From: Stegostoma tigrinum
Taxonomy: Eukaryota
Assembly (NCBI RefSeq): GCF_030684315.1
Contig: NC_081380.1
Location: 45,348,771 to 45,412,770, forward strand
Length of the DNA stretch: 64,000 bases
Direction: 5' to 3'
Position numbers and translations under genes: made by a program. Below, one piece after another: positions 28,061-41,672 of this stretch (its first letter is position 1; each line of letters begins with the position of its first letter). Under the pieces are notes generated by a model. That model made no database searches and was not told the DNA's origin. It saw only the letters and a program-made list of their open reading frames with translations.

Positions 28061-28219
28061 ATGAAAATGAGTTTGCAAGCTTCTTCCCAGTATGTTTTGG
28101 GACTGGATGTTGGTACAAGCTCAATAAAGGTAGTATTGGTGGAGGCTGAGAGCCGGGCAGTGGTTGACAGCCAGGTGAAGGAAACTAAGGCAGACATCAG
28201 CAGCCTAGAGGGAGAGAAG
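28061..28219 (+). CDS. SHPK: Sedoheptulokinase coding exon 1
   Basis: ATG directly after ttttcacag; VLGLDVGTSSIK is the FGGY kinase phosphate-1 motif; AAG|gtaaag donor. The second ATG (28067) could be the true start. Confidence 0.92.
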
Positions 28220-30107
28220 GTAAAGGAAATACAGTATCATAAATTAGGAGCTGGCTTTGATTTTAGAGTCATAGAGTCATATAGCATGGAAACAAGCCCC
28301 ATGCCAACCAGATTTCATAAACTGTCCTAGATCCATTTGGCCCATATCCCTCTAAGAAGGCATTTAGCCTTCACTTGCCTTCATTGGTCAGACCATTGAA
28401 TATAGGACTTTGGTGAGACTACTTTTGAAGTACTGTCTGGTCACCCTGCTACAGGGAGGATATTATTAAATTGGAGAGGGTTCAGAAAAGATTTTTGAGG
28501 ATGTTGCTAGGACTGGATGGAGTGGAGGGGTTTAGCGGGATATCGGCCAAATGAAGGCAAGTGGGAGTAGTTTATTTTGAGAAACTTGGACCGAAGAGTC
28601 CATTTCCGTGCTGTATGACCCTGTCTACGTACCTGTCAAAATGTCTTTTAAATGTTGTAATTGTACCTGCCTCTACCATTTCCTTTAGCAGCTTGTTCCA
28701 TACACTCACCAAGCTCTGTGTGAAAAAGTTTCCCCTCAGGTTCCCTTTAAATCTTTCCCTGTCACCCTATCCTCCAAAACCCTCTGGTTTTGGACTCCCC
28801 TATCCTGGGGAAAAGCCTAAGCTATTCACCTTATCTATAGCCCTCATGATTTTATAATCTCTATGAAGTCACCCTTCAACCTCTTCTGCTCCAGAGAACA
28901 TAGTTCCAGCCTCTCCTTATAAATCAAACCTTTCAGACTCCATAACATCCTTGTGAATCTTTTTTGCACCATTTCCAGTTTAATAACATCCTTCCTACAG
29001 CAGGGTGACCAGAATTGCACACATGCATACCTTTGCACTGGCTGACTCATTGAATTGCATTTTCAAGGCCAGTCTTCCTAATTAAGAAAACCCTTGCCTT
29101 TCTACAGTGATTTCACAACATTCAAAAGTGGCTTTCAGCCAATGACAACAAAATACTTTTGAAGTGTGGTCACTGTCGTGTGCAAGAAACATGGCTACCA
29201 ATTTGCACACGGCAATGTCTCACACAACACAAGGTGATAATGACCAGATCACCTGTTCTTGAGCTGGTGGCTGTGAGATAAATATTGTCCTGGACATCAG
29301 AAGAACGCCCCTGCTGTTCCAGATCATCTTTTACTTAGCGGATGGAGCCTTGCTTTAACATCTCCCCCAAATTATGGCTTCTCAACAGTGAAGCCCTCCT
29401 TCAGCTCTGCACCAAGATTTTGTCCCTGAATCTTTAGAAAGAACCCTGGCTGTAAAGGTGAATTTGTTTAATTTAAGGCAATGTGCACAATAACAAGAGG
29501 GGAGGTGATGGAAGATTTTACCCAGTGATTGTAATATAGAATGACTGGAAGGTGACAGTAACAAATTCACTGGTAACTTTCTGAAGGGAATTGGATAAAT
29601 ACATAGGAACAGGAGTAGGCCAATCAGCCCTTGGAGACAGCTGTACCAATCAGTACCAATCTGTGGCCTGACTCCATATACCTGCCTTGGGCCCATATCC
29701 CTCGATACCCTTGTTTAATAAAAAATTGTCTATTTCAGAAAAAAAATCAGAAATGTGAGGAAAGAAGAGGGAGCAATTGAACAGCTTTTTCCGTGATCTG
29801 TAATAGGCTCATTGAATAAAACTGCCTCCTCCTATGCCATAAACTCTGTAATTTTTATGAATTAGAATTGATTGTTAATTTAAACTACAGGAAAAGAAAG
29901 CAAAAACAATCTCCTCCTAGATGATGGTAAAGATAAGATAATGATTTTGAATGAGCAGAAATCGGCATGTACTCGGTTCACATCACATTGCTTTTCCCGT
30001 CAGTGTTGCAGCTTAGACTTTTGTAAAGTGTAACCGTGGAGATAACATCTTGTCACTTCACCATGTTTACCTTAAAGAAATGAAGGACACCCTGCATTGT
30101 CTGGCAA

Positions 30108-31745
30108 TAGAGTCAAAGAGTCCTACAGCGCAGAGACAGGCCCTTTGGCCCAGACTGTTCCGTGCTGACCAAAATGTCCATCCATGCTAAGCCCATTTCC
30201 CTGCAATTGGCCCATATCCTTCCAAATCTTACCTATCCATGTATTTGTCCAAATGCCTTTTAAATGTTATTAATGTACCTACTTCAACCACTTCCGCTAG
30301 CAGCTGATTTCATATGTGTACCACCCTCTGTGTAAAAATTTGCCCTTCCCATGTATTCTTTCCTCTCTTACCTTAAACTGATGCCCTGTAGTCCTCAATT
30401 TCCCAGCCCTGGGAAAAAGACTGAGTACATTCACCCCGTCCATACTTCTCATGATCTTATACACTTCTATAAAATCCCTCCTCAGTTTCCTACAGTCTAA
30501 AGAAAAAACTGTTTATTAAACTCTGTTTGCCATTTCTTGGCCTAATTCCCAAGCTGATCAAGATCCTGCTGCAATTTCTGATAACCTTCCTCATAGTCCA
30601 TGATACCGCCCATTTTTAATGTCATCCGCAAACTTGCTAATCACGCCTTGTACATTGCCATTCAAATCATTGCTATAGATAACAAACAGCAATGGGTCCA
30701 GCACCCCTGAGGCACACCACTAGCCACAGGCTTCCAGTGCGACAAGCATCCTTCCACTATTACTCTCTGCTTCCTACCATCAAGCCAACTATATATCCAA
30801 TTTGCCAGCTCTCCGAGATTCCATACAATCTAACCTTGCTGAGCAGCCTACCATGTGGAACCTTATCAAAGGTCGAACTGAAATCCATATAGACTACGTC
30901 TACCACCCTGCCCTCATCAGCCTGCCTGGTCACTTCATTAAAGAGCTCTAACAGACTTATGAGGCATGATCTTCCATACACATAGCTGTGCTGACTACTC
31001 CTAATCAAACCCTGTCTTTCCAAATGCATGTATATCTTATCCCTCAGAATCTTCTCAAGTAACTTACCTACCACTGATGTTAAGCTTACTGGTCTATAAT
31101 TGCCAAGTTTTTCTTTACAGCCCTTCTTGAATAAGGACACAACATTTGCTACCCTCCAGTCTTCCGGTAACTCCCCCATGGTTAATGATGGTGCAAGTAT
31201 ATCACCCTGGGCCCCTGCAATTTCTTCTGTAGTCTCTTGCAGGTTCTTGGATATATCTGGTCAGAACTGGGAGATTTATCCATCTTCATACATTGTATAC
31301 TTCCAATACCAACTCTACTGTGATATGGACTGTCCCTACGATAATGCCACTAAGTTCCCCAGGTTCCCAAGTCTTCATATCTTTCTCCACGGTAAGCACA
31401 AGAGGAGAAATATTCATTGAGGACCTCACCCATCAACTGCGGCTCCGTACATACATGTCCACTTTGGCCCTTGAGGGATCCTGTCCTCTCTTACTTATTC
31501 TTTTATCATTAACATACTTAAAGAATTTCTTGGATTCACCCTAATCTTCTCAGCCAAAGCTATCTCATTGCCCCCTTTTTCACCTCCTGATTTCTTTCTT
31601 ATGTAAACTCCTGTATCCACTATATACCACCAGAGATTCCCTTGACCTCAGCCGCCTGTTCCTGAACCGTGCCTCCTTTTTTCTAGTCAAAGCCTCAATA
31701 TCTCTTGTCAGCCAAAGAAAACCAGGGGAAATGCTGACACCTTTC
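30108..31745 (-). mobile_element. CR1-clade LINE fragment (reverse transcriptase)
   Basis: PEDWRVANVVSLFKKG...GNYRPVSLTSVVGKLLE...VDVVYMDFSSTFDKVPH. Confidence 0.9.
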
Positions 31746-32317
31746 CAGGAGGTTTTTCTTAGCATTCTCCATTACAGTTAGAGAAAACAAGAAGGAGAAC
31801 CTCTCCTCTCTTTCCCTGGCAACTCCCCATTCTTGAAAACTACTCAACTTTCTCCTACCAGTCTTGAGGACTATGCCAGAGAGCATTTATTCAGTTGTAT
31901 CTAAGATTAGGTTTGCACTGGTCTGTCATCACTGCTGGTGGTGATCTGAGCAATTTAATAGCTCAATAAGAGGATTGGGGACACGGGGCTCTAGTGATAA
32001 TGTAGCTGGACTTGTAATCCAGGACCCAAGGTAATGCTCTGGAACACGACTTCAAATGGTGTAATTAAAACTCAATTAATTAGTAAATCTGGAATTGAAA
32101 GCTCGTCTTAGTAATGGCCAACATAATGCTATCATTGTTTGTTGTAAAAGCCATTCTAGTTCACTAATGTCCTTTAGGGAAAAGAAATCTGCCGTCCTTA
32201 CTTGCACTGGCCGACATGCGATTCCAGACACATGGCAACATGGTTGACTCTAAACTGCCCTGTTATGAAATGGTTAACTAGTTCCCAAGTGGTTTGTCTC
32301 CTTGATTTTTATTTCAG

Positions 32318-32459
32318 TGTCGAGAACAGGATGTTGCTCGGATTGTGTTAGCCATTAACAGCTGTGTTGCTGCTCTGCCCAGAGAACGTCTCCGCAAGGT
32401 GGTGAGAATTGGAGTGTCCGGACAGATGCATGGTGTTGTATTCTGGAAAAGTGAGGAAG
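32318..32459 (+). CDS. SHPK: SHPK coding exon 2 (CREQDV...IGVSGQMHGVVFW)
   Basis: atttcag| acceptor, AAG|gtaagt donor; SGQMHG FGGY-family motif; phase 0-1. Confidence 0.95.
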
Positions 32460-33793
32460 GTAAGTGGTGGAATACAGCAGAGGTGGAAATCAGCCTGCTG
32501 TTGTTCACTCACTGAGGACTGGCGCAGAGGCAGAATCCAGCACTGTGCAAAGGAGAGAATGAATTTCAGTCTGCAATTCATTCTGCATAAAATTTGGAAA
32601 CATGTTTTGAACCATCTCCATGGTGAGATCTTTGAGACCCCCTACTGGGTTCCCAGTATCATGGTTGTAGTCTTCAGCCAGTTTGATTCATGCCACAGGA
32701 TATCAAGAAATTGTTGAAGGCGCTGAATACTGCAGAGGCTAAAGGCACCGATCATTGGTGATCATAACATTTGATAGATTCTGGAATAGTTCTTGCAGAT
32801 TGTCACCCCATTATTTAATAAGGGAGCAAGACCTGTTAGCTTTACATCAGAAGTAGAGAAAATGCGAAAATCAGTTACAAAAAGATATGTTCAATGGGTA
32901 CTTGGATAATAATAATATGAATAGGCACAGTTAGTTTGGCTCATTCAACAACACCTTTCAAACCTTAAGACCTCTATCAGCAGAAGGACAAGGGCAGTAA
33001 ATCCATGGGAACACAATAGTAGCTAATAAAATACACATCAATCTCCTACAGACAGTATTTGACTAGAACCTAAGTCTTTTTGATGTTAGTTGAGATACAT
33101 GTTGGCCAGGACACTGGATGAAGGGCCCTACTCTTGTCTGAGTTGTGTCATAGGATACCTTATATTCACCTGAGGGGCAGGCAGGGTTTCAGTTTAATGT
33201 TTCGAACAAAAGACAGCGCCTTTACATACAGCAGTACAGCACTCCTGCACTACTGTACTAAAAACCCATACAAGTTTGTGCTGGAGTCTTAAAGTTTTGT
33301 GAATTATGGAGAACCAGTAAAGGTCTAGAAAATGCCAGAGCCTCAACCATCAGTTTCAAAAGAGTGGAGTGAGTTACTACTGCTGTCTGATTCTATTTCA
33401 GACTGTCTCTTGATACTTTTTTAATAGCACTGAAAGCTTGCAGCCTTTTGAAGATCCCACTGTTTTAATTTTGATAATTTATCGAACCAGGGCTGAACAA
33501 CAAGAAAAAAACTCAACATTTGGTAAATGGAGTTTTATTTTTAAATTCAACTCATCTTGCATTTCAGCTTAAAACACTAATAGAGCTTAAAAGCAAGGGA
33601 GCTAAACCAGGGAAGGAATCAATTTCACCCTTATTAGATAAGGTCATAAGGATATTGTGGAGAATCTGGAACAACCACAATTAATAACCAGATATTGACG
33701 GAAAATGACATCTGGAACAGTAGGATGTTGAGCATCATGTTTGGTTCACCTTGAGAGACACAGATTCAATGCCTTTTCTGTTCTCTGTTTTAG

Positions 33794-33977
33794 GTTGTAT
33801 TTGGCAGGGAGGTGAAACAGGTTTCACGTTCCAGCCTGAGAAAACTAGTCACTTGATCACGTGGCAAGATGGTCGCTGCAGTCGTGAGTTTCTCAATTCA
33901 CTCACCCAGCCTGATTCACATCTCAGCCTTGCCACAGGCTTTGGCTGTGCCACCATTTTCTGGTACAAGAGAAACAG
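33794..33977 (+). CDS. SHPK: SHPK coding exon 3 (SHLITWQDGRCS...ATGFGCATIFW)
   Basis: ttttag| acceptor, CAG|gtagat donor, phase 1-2. Confidence 0.95.
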
Positions 33978-34929
33978 GTAGATGTTTCCAAACTTGTTCA
34001 CAAACATCTCAGGGCAAACATCTCAACTTCTCAGCAGTAATTGTTTTCCCATGTATTGCTGAATCAAAATTGCTGACTACAATAAGGTAGACATTGCCAT
34101 GTCATTGCTGAGTTGAAACAGGGATAATCTGTTGAAACCACTTGGGGATGTATTTTGGTGTGGCAATTTCCTGCAGTCTGGATCTTTAAGGGTTGATCTG
34201 ATCAAACCATTCAGGCTATTAAGGGGAACTGATGGGGTAGATAGAAACTTTCCATGTTCGGGCAATCTAGGTGGTGTGGTCGAAAAATTAGAGTCAGATC
34301 TTTCAAAATTAAAATCAGGAAACAATTGTTGACACAAGGGTGCTAGAAATTTAGAACTCTCCTGCAAACAGCAATTGATGTTTGATCAATTATTAAATTT
34401 AATCTGAGAATGACAGAATTTTGTTAGCCAAGGATATGGACGGATATGGGGCAAAGCAGACTAAATGCTGTCAGCCACAGTCTCATTGAATGGCATAACA
34501 GGCTGAACATTACTTCAGTTTCTTTGAGGAGTAATTAGAAATGTTTGCTTTGTGAATCTCCCTTCTGTGCAGGCTGGGAGTGTTCCTGGCATTAGCCAGT
34601 ATCTCAAAATAGTCACCAGTTCTCACAAACTCCACATTTACAATGTGTTGCTTCTTTAGCAATTCGTCAAATCTGTGCCCTTTCATTCTTGATCCTTCAG
34701 CCAATGGGAGCAGATTCTATCTTTTCTGTGTCGAGTCCTCATGATTTTGAATAGCTGTATCAAATTACTAATAGTATATTGCTTAACTAGCAGTAGAATA
34801 TAAGCTTATACTGTGTCCTTTAACAGTTTATTAGCAAGAAATGTTTTAAAACTTATTTTGAAAGTGCTGACTTATGACATATTAAGTTGTACAGTTATTG
34901 GTAAAAGTCCTGTTCTTTTTGTTTTCCAG

Positions 34930-35082
34930 GCCCCAGTTTTTGGAGTCCTATAATGCAGCAGGGACCATCCATGACTATGTTGTTGCTATCTTGTGTGGGC
35001 TTAAGAGACCACTGATGTCAACCCAGAATGCTGCCAGTTGGGGGTATTTTAATACGAGATGTGGCACTTGGAATCTGCAAAT
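34930..35082 (+). CDS. SHPK: SHPK coding exon 4 (AAGTIHDYVVA...QNAASWGYFN)
   Basis: ttccag| acceptor, AAT|gtaagc donor, phase 2-2. Confidence 0.95.
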
Positions 35083-35535
35083 GTAAGCCTGCCTTTAATC
35101 CTGTACGGAAAAAACCAGGACCTGAAACAACTACCTACCATTTCTGCAAGAAATGCTGTACCTTTAGCTAGGAGTTAGAAGCATATTCTGCACAGATACT
35201 TCGTAAAATCTCTGACATATCTTGATATTATTGCCAGGGAATGGTGAACTTTACACCATAGCATCGTGCACTCCTGGGTCAGGCACAGGTTAGGAACAGA
35301 GGTTCTGTACAGGGAACAACTATACATGATGGCACCAATGTGTCAACCTCCCCATCTCCCACTCGTCTCATCTCCTTGTGTGGGATTCTGAAATTTATTG
35401 CTGAATTAAAAGCACACTTGTTACACAGCTACCCCCAGAAAGAGAAATTAAAGCAACCCAGTTGCACTGAGCTATCTTTGTTCTGTCTCTGATTGTCCAA
35501 GACTTCCCTCTCAGGTATTTCCTCATCTCTTCCAG

Positions 35536-35711
35536 ATTGCAGGATTCTGGATTTCCCACATGTTTGTTGCCTGTGGTCATGGAACCTGGCGCAATTGCTG
35601 GACAGACAGTTCATGAATGGTACGGTGTGCCAGAGGGAACAGATGTTGGTGTGGCGCTAGGTGATTTCCAGTGCTCTGTGTACTCGTGCATGACAGCAAC
35701 AACAGATGCAA
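35536..35711 (+). CDS. SHPK: SHPK coding exon 5 (SGFP...VGVALGDFQCSVYSCM)
   Basis: ttccag| acceptor, CAA|gtaagg donor, phase 2-1. Confidence 0.94.
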
Positions 35712-35864
35712 GTAAGGGAGGAGAGAGGCTTGTCTTCACGTTATAAAACAGTCATGTTTCAGCATGTTTACAAATATATAATTCATTGCCCAACAGGCCT
35801 GGAAGATAATTTGTCAGAAACAATAATCTAGTACCTAGTATATTGATGCCCTTAGTGCAGACTA

Positions 35865-36450
35865 TAGTAAACTGCAATGTAGCACCTTTACTCAAGAATG
35901 ATGGGAGACAGAACAGGAAACTATAGGTTGATTAACCTAATGTCTGCCCTTAAGATGCAGCTGGAATCCATTATCAAGGGGGTTGTAATGGGATACTTAG
36001 AAAACTATAACACCATCAGGCAGAGGCACCTTGGTTTTGTGAAATGGATGTAATAGACAAGGTGATTAAAAGCAATTCCAAAGGCATTTGATAAGCTGCC
36101 TCATAAGAAATGACTAGACAAGATAACTGCTGACATTTTTGGGGTGATATAGCATCAATAAGGAACTGGATGACAGAGTCGAGATGAGTGGCTCATTTTC
36201 AGTTTGGAAAAATGTAACTCGTGGCAACCTACAGCAATCCTTGCTGAGACCTGAACTATTTACAATCAATTGCTTGAATGGAGGGACAGAATTTATTAGA
36301 ACAGAATTGACTGCTGACACAAAGATAAAAAAGCAAATTGTGAGGAAAATACTGAATCTACAAAGGGCTATAATTAGGTGAGGTGAATGGGCAAACATTT
36401 GGCAGATGGTGTGTAATGTGAGAAAATGTGAGTGTCCATTTTATGACAGA
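35865..36450 (+). mobile_element. Highly decayed CR1 LINE fragment
   Basis: Remnants of NYR.., KAFDK and PQ.S.L.P.LF motifs. Confidence 0.6.
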
Positions 36451-36568
36451 AGGCTTAGTCAGATACAATCCCAGAGTAAGTACCAGGATTTTGAATGTCA
36501 ATTTTGAAGGATAAACTGTTCATAGAATCAATTGTGAGTTCCTAATTAAGATCTTTCTTACTGTCTAG

Positions 36569-36769
36569 TTTTGAATATCAGTACTTCTGCCCAGTTGACC
36601 TTTGCCTTGAATCCTGGCTTCCAGCCACCAGCTCAACCCAATCCCACTGCGAGCGTTGCATATTTTCCATATTTTGATGGAATTTACTTGGTTGTGGCTG
36701 CTGCACTGAATGGTGGAAATGTACTGGCTTCCTTCATTGAGATGTTGAAACAATGGATGCAGGAGTTAG
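36569..36769 (+). CDS. SHPK: SHPK coding exon 6 (LNISTSAQL...LNGGNVLA)
   Basis: gtctag| acceptor, TAG|gtaaga donor, phase 1-1. Confidence 0.95.
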
Positions 36770-36854
36770 GTAAGAAACTTTCTTTAGCATTGGTGAAAGA
36801 CGCAAATTGCATTCCAGATTGTTGGACCCAAGAAAACAAAACAAGACACTTAAG

Positions 36855-37079
36855 TAATAAAATGTGAGGCTGGATGAACACAGCAGGCAAAGCAGCATCT
36901 CAGGAGCACAAAAGCTGACGTTTCGGGCCTAGACCCTTCATCAGAGAGCTCTCTGATGAAGGGTCTAGGCCCGAAACGTCAGCTTTTGTGCTCCTGAGAT
37001 GCTGCTTTGCCTGCTGTGTTCATCCAGCCTCACATTTTATTATCTTGGAATCTCCAGCATCTGCAGTTCCCATTATCCC
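36855..37079. mobile_element. Penelope-derived mini-element containing a perfect 188-bp palindrome and two hammerhead cores
   Basis: Palindrome 36855-37042 centred at 36948/36949; cores at 36953-36980 (+) and 36917-36944 (-); CAAGACACTTAAGTA repeated at 36842 and 37080. Confidence 0.9.
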
Positions 37080-38189
37080 CAAGACACTTAAGTACACTCC
37101 TCTGTCTCTCCACCCCTACCCTTCACTGTCTATCCCTCCTTTTCTACAGCCATTGCCCATCTTTCCATCTCTACCCTTTACTGTCTGTCTCTCAGTCTCT
37201 GCCCCTTCATTGTCTATCTACATAGAACATTACAGCACAGTACAGGCCCTTCAGCCCTCGATGTTGTGCCGACCTGTCGTACCGATCTGAAGTCCATCTA
37301 ACCTACACTATTCCATGTATGTCCATATGCTTGTCCATATGTTCTCTTTTACTTCTGCCCCTTACTGCCTGTCTCTCCTTCTCCAACATTAAGTAAGTAT
37401 CCTGTGATCTATTATTTAGTCACTCCATCTATTTTTGTTCTACAAAGTGCTTGGCTGCAACTGTGTTCTTCCATCTGTCTGTCCTTCCATTTCTTTTGTT
37501 TCAACCTGTATATCACCCATCTCTATTCACCTCACCTACTTATACTTACAACTCCATCTTTTAGAGTTTCTGTTCCACCTTCTTCATCCCTTCGATTTGT
37601 CTACACATCCATCACTGTCTTTTTACTGTGTCTATTCCTTACTCTTCAAATCGTCACCATGTCTATTGCGTACTATCCAATGCCGCTCAGGAGGAGGTTC
37701 GAGGATCTTGACAAGATGGTAGTTAAGAAATGGAGATATGGTTCCAAAGTTGGATGATGAGTGCCTTGGAGGGGAACTTGCAGTGGGTAGTGTCCCCATG
37801 TATCTGCTGCCCTTGGTTGTTGAGATGGTAGTGTTATAGGTTTGGAAGATGCTGTTGAAGGAATTCTAATAAATTGTGCAGTGCATCTTTGGGATTGTAT
37901 ATACGCACATATATAGTTCATCAGTGGTGGAGGGACTGGTTAAAGATGATAGGTGGTATGCCAAATATTTGTCCTGAATGTTGACAAGCTTCTTAACTGT
38001 TGAAGCAGATTCACTCATCCAAGCAAATGGACAGTTTTCTACATCAATCAGAGACTGCTAAGTTTTGATCTAATCCATTTTTTATAGGTCCACTTATCAC
38101 ATGTATATCACATGCCGCTTCTGATAATTTGCATGCAAGTAGTCCTGTGTTTAGTTTCATGAAGTTGACACCTCATTTTTAGGTATGTT

Positions 38190-38730
38190 CATAGAATCAT
38201 TAAGTCACACAGTACAGAAGAGGCCTTTTGGCCTAATGAGTTTTACCACCAAAAATACGCTAGTCCCACTTTTCTATACTAGGATCCTAGCCTTAAATGT
38301 GATGATACTTCACGTGTTCATCCAAGTACTTTTTAAAGCTTATGATATTTCCCACTTCAGTTACCTTCCTAGGCAGTGCACTCCAGACTCTCACTACCCT
38401 CTGGTGAAAATATTTTTCCTCAAATCCCTTCAACCTCCTGCCTTTCCCTTTAAAATTATGCCCCCTTATTATTGACCCTTCCACTGAGGGGAACAACTGC
38501 TTCCTAGCTACCCATCCATGCTCCTCATAATCTTGTATATCTCAACCAGGTCTCCCCTTAACTTGCTCTGCACCAAAATAACAAGCCAAGCTTATCCAAC
38601 TTCTTTTCATAGCTGAAATGCTCCATCCCAGGCAACAACCTGATAAATCTCCTTTGCACCCCTCCAGTGCAATCACGTCTTTCTTATAATGTGGTGATCA
38701 GAACTGCACACAGTACTGCAGATGTGGCTG
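38190..38730 (-). mobile_element. CR1 LINE 3' fragment
   Basis: RGHNFK...FHQRVVRVWSALP; PHLQYCVQF. Confidence 0.75.
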
Positions 38731-39477
38731 TTTTCTCTGCCGATCCTGGCATACTTCCTTCCTGCAGCCTTTATTAAACCGGGGTTGGTCCCCAGGCCTG
38801 ATGGTAATGGTAGAGTTGGGTGGGTGCCAATTCATTATGTTACAGGTGGTGGTTGAATAAAAATAGAATGTGTTATCATAAATCAGCATGTATGGCAGCA
38901 GCTATGGAGAGAGAAATAGTTAATTTCTGAAGAAGAGTGATTAGACTTGAAATAGTAACTCTGTTTCACTCTGTACAGATGCTTCCAGATTTGCTGAGTT
39001 TCTCCAGTGTTTTCTGATTTTATTTCAGGTCTCTGGCATCCGCAGTATTATGCTTTAATTTGAGTGGTTCAATACAATTCTATTGCTGACAGTCTACAGT
39101 ACCTCATGCGTGTCAGGTTTTGAGTTGCTAGATCTGTTCTAAATTTATCCCATTTAGTATACGGTGTTAGTGCAACACAGCACAATACCCTCAACATGTT
39201 AATGGGGTCCCAACCAATATTCGTGGGCTCAACACTGTCATGGACTGGTCAGAGGGACAGCTTTCCCAATTTTTCCACAAGACCCCAGATGTTAGTCAGG
39301 AGGATTTTGTTGGTCTGACATGGCTGGATTTGCTGTTGTTGTTGCTGGTGCTGGGTGATCCATCCAGTTTCACTTCTTTTTGACTTTACTTTTGGGGGTT
39401 GGTACAACTGAGTAACTTGTTAGACCATTTCAGAAGGCATTTTAGCGTTGACCCAGTGTAAAGTGAAGTCCTATAAA

Positions 39478-40640
39478 AAAAACTGGCTTGGTCATAGAAG
39501 ATAGTGGAAGGGTGTGTTTCTGAATGGAGGGCTGTGACTAGTGGCATTCCTCAGGGAGCAATGTTGGGACTTTTTGCTGTTTTGTAATATATATATAAAT
39601 GATTTGGACGAGAATGGAACTGATCTGATTTGGGTTTGCCAGTGACACAAATGACACATGATAGCGATGAGGAGCTTCAAAGGAAACAGCTGGATATAGA
39701 TCGAGATAATAAAATGTGAGGCTGGATGAACACAGCAGGCCAAGCAGCATGTGCTCCTGAGATGCTGCTTGGCCTGCTGTGTTCATCCAGCCTCACATTT
39801 TATTATCTTGGATATAGATCGATTTGTGACTTGGGCAGAGATGGCAGATGGAGTTTAATCTGGAAAAATGCAAGGTAATGCATTTTGGAAGGTCTAATCC
39901 AGATAGAAAATATACAGTAAATGGCAGAACCCTTAAGAGTACTGATAGGCAGTGGAATCTGGGTGTACAGGAACACAGGTCACTAAAAGTGGCAACGTAG
40001 GTGGAGAAGGTAGTCAATAAGGCATATGGATATGCATGCCTTCATTGGCCGGGGCATTGAGTTTAAAAATTAGCAGGTAATGTTGCAGCTTTGTAGAACC
40101 TTAGTTAGGCTGCATTTGGAATATTGTGTTCAATTCTACCAGAAGGATGTGGGTGGCTTTGGAGACGGCACAGAAAAGATTTATCAGGATGTTGCCTAGT
40201 ATGGAGGGCATTAGCTATGAGGACAGGTTGGAGAGACTTGGGTTGTCCTCACTGTAATGATGGAGGTTGAGGGGCAACCTGATAGAGGTCTACAAGATTA
40301 TGAAGGGCAATGACAGAGTGGACAGTCAGATGCTTTTCCCCAGGGTGGAAGAGTCAGTCACAAGGGGCCATGTGTTTGAAGTATGAGGGACAAGGTTTAA
40401 GGGTGATGTACGAGGCAAGTTTTTTACACAGAGGGTTGTGGGTGCCTGGAACTCGCTGCTGGGGGACGTAGTGGAAGCAGATACCATAGTGACTTTTAAA
40501 GGATGTATTGACAAAAACATGAATGGGATGGAAATAGAGGGATTCAGACCCCAGAAGGGTTTTAGTTGTGACGGGCAGCATGTCGGTGTAGACTTGGAGG
40601 GCCGAAGGGCCTGTTGCTGTGCTGTAATTTTCTTTGTTCT
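39478..40640 (+). mobile_element. CR1 LINE 3' fragment
   Basis: VTSGIPQGAMLG, MEFNLEKCKVMHFG and FFTQRVVGAWNSL remnants. Confidence 0.85.
39705..39808. mobile_element. Penelope-derived palindromic mini-element lacking the hammerhead core, inside a CR1 LINE
   Basis: 14-bp TSD TGGATATAGATCGA at 39691-39704 and 39809-39822. Confidence 0.85.
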
Positions 40641-41277
40641 TGTTCTTTTTTCATATCTAGTCCAGATCAGATTTCCTTCCCTAAAGAACATTAGTAATTC
40701 AGATGGTTTTTACAACAATCAAAATTAGCTTCATTGCAAAAGCTAGCTTTTAATTCATGATTTGTTAATTGATTGAATTCAGATTCTAACAACTGGAGCT
40801 ATAATATTAGTTACAAGGCATACAAGTCAAGAGATGGAAGATGCAATTAGAATAATCAGGTGCTTGTTTTTGACTTCTTGGGCTGAAAGACTATTTTCTG
40901 TGCTGTAGACCTCAATGAATCTATAACTGCAATGGTGAGTAATGAACCTATTTTCCCAAAGCTTTGGCTGGGTCCCTGGATCTTTAGTCCAGTGATATTA
41001 CCACTATGCCACTGCTGGGGTTTGGTTTAGCTCAGTTGGCTGGACAGTTGGTTTGTGAAGCAATGTGATGCCAATGGTGTGGGTTCAATTCCCATCAGCA
41101 GCTGCAGTTACCATGAAGGACTCTCCTTCTGAACCTCTTCCCCTTGCCTAAGGTATGGTGGGCTAAATCACCAGCAGACATCTTTCTGTAATGAGAGGGC
41201 AGCCGTTCGGCCTGTTAACACAACAACAACTGCTGCCTCCCTGTAGCACTGCTGCTGGTTTTTATTTACTCCGACAG

Positions 41278-41672
41278 GACAGGCGGTTCCAGAATCGGTC
41301 ATCTATTCTCAAGCAGTACACGCTGCCCTAACTGTTACTGACACCGACCTTGCAGTGCAGGCAACCCTTTTTGGAGAGAGGCATGTACCTGACCAGCTGG
41401 CTTCAGTGACTAACATCTCCCCGTCCAACCTGTCTTTGGGCCACGTGATCAGAGCACTATGTCGCGGCATTGTGAAAAACCTGAACTCCATGTTACCGTG
41501 CCAACGGCTGATTGAATCTGGGGTGCAGAGGATTATGGGCAGCGGGAGTGCACTGACCTGGAATGAGGTGCTGAAGCAGGAGGTGGAGAAGGTTTTCACT
41601 CTTCCTATTGTGTACGGGAAGAACGTGGATTCAGCAGTCGGTGTTGCTATGGTGATGCTTGACCAGAAATAG
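41278..41672 (+). CDS. SHPK: SHPK coding exon 7, last (GERHVPDQLASV...AVGVAMVMLDQK*)
   Basis: cgacag| acceptor; TAG stop; the seven exons total 1410 nt = 469 aa with no frameshift. Confidence 0.95.
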
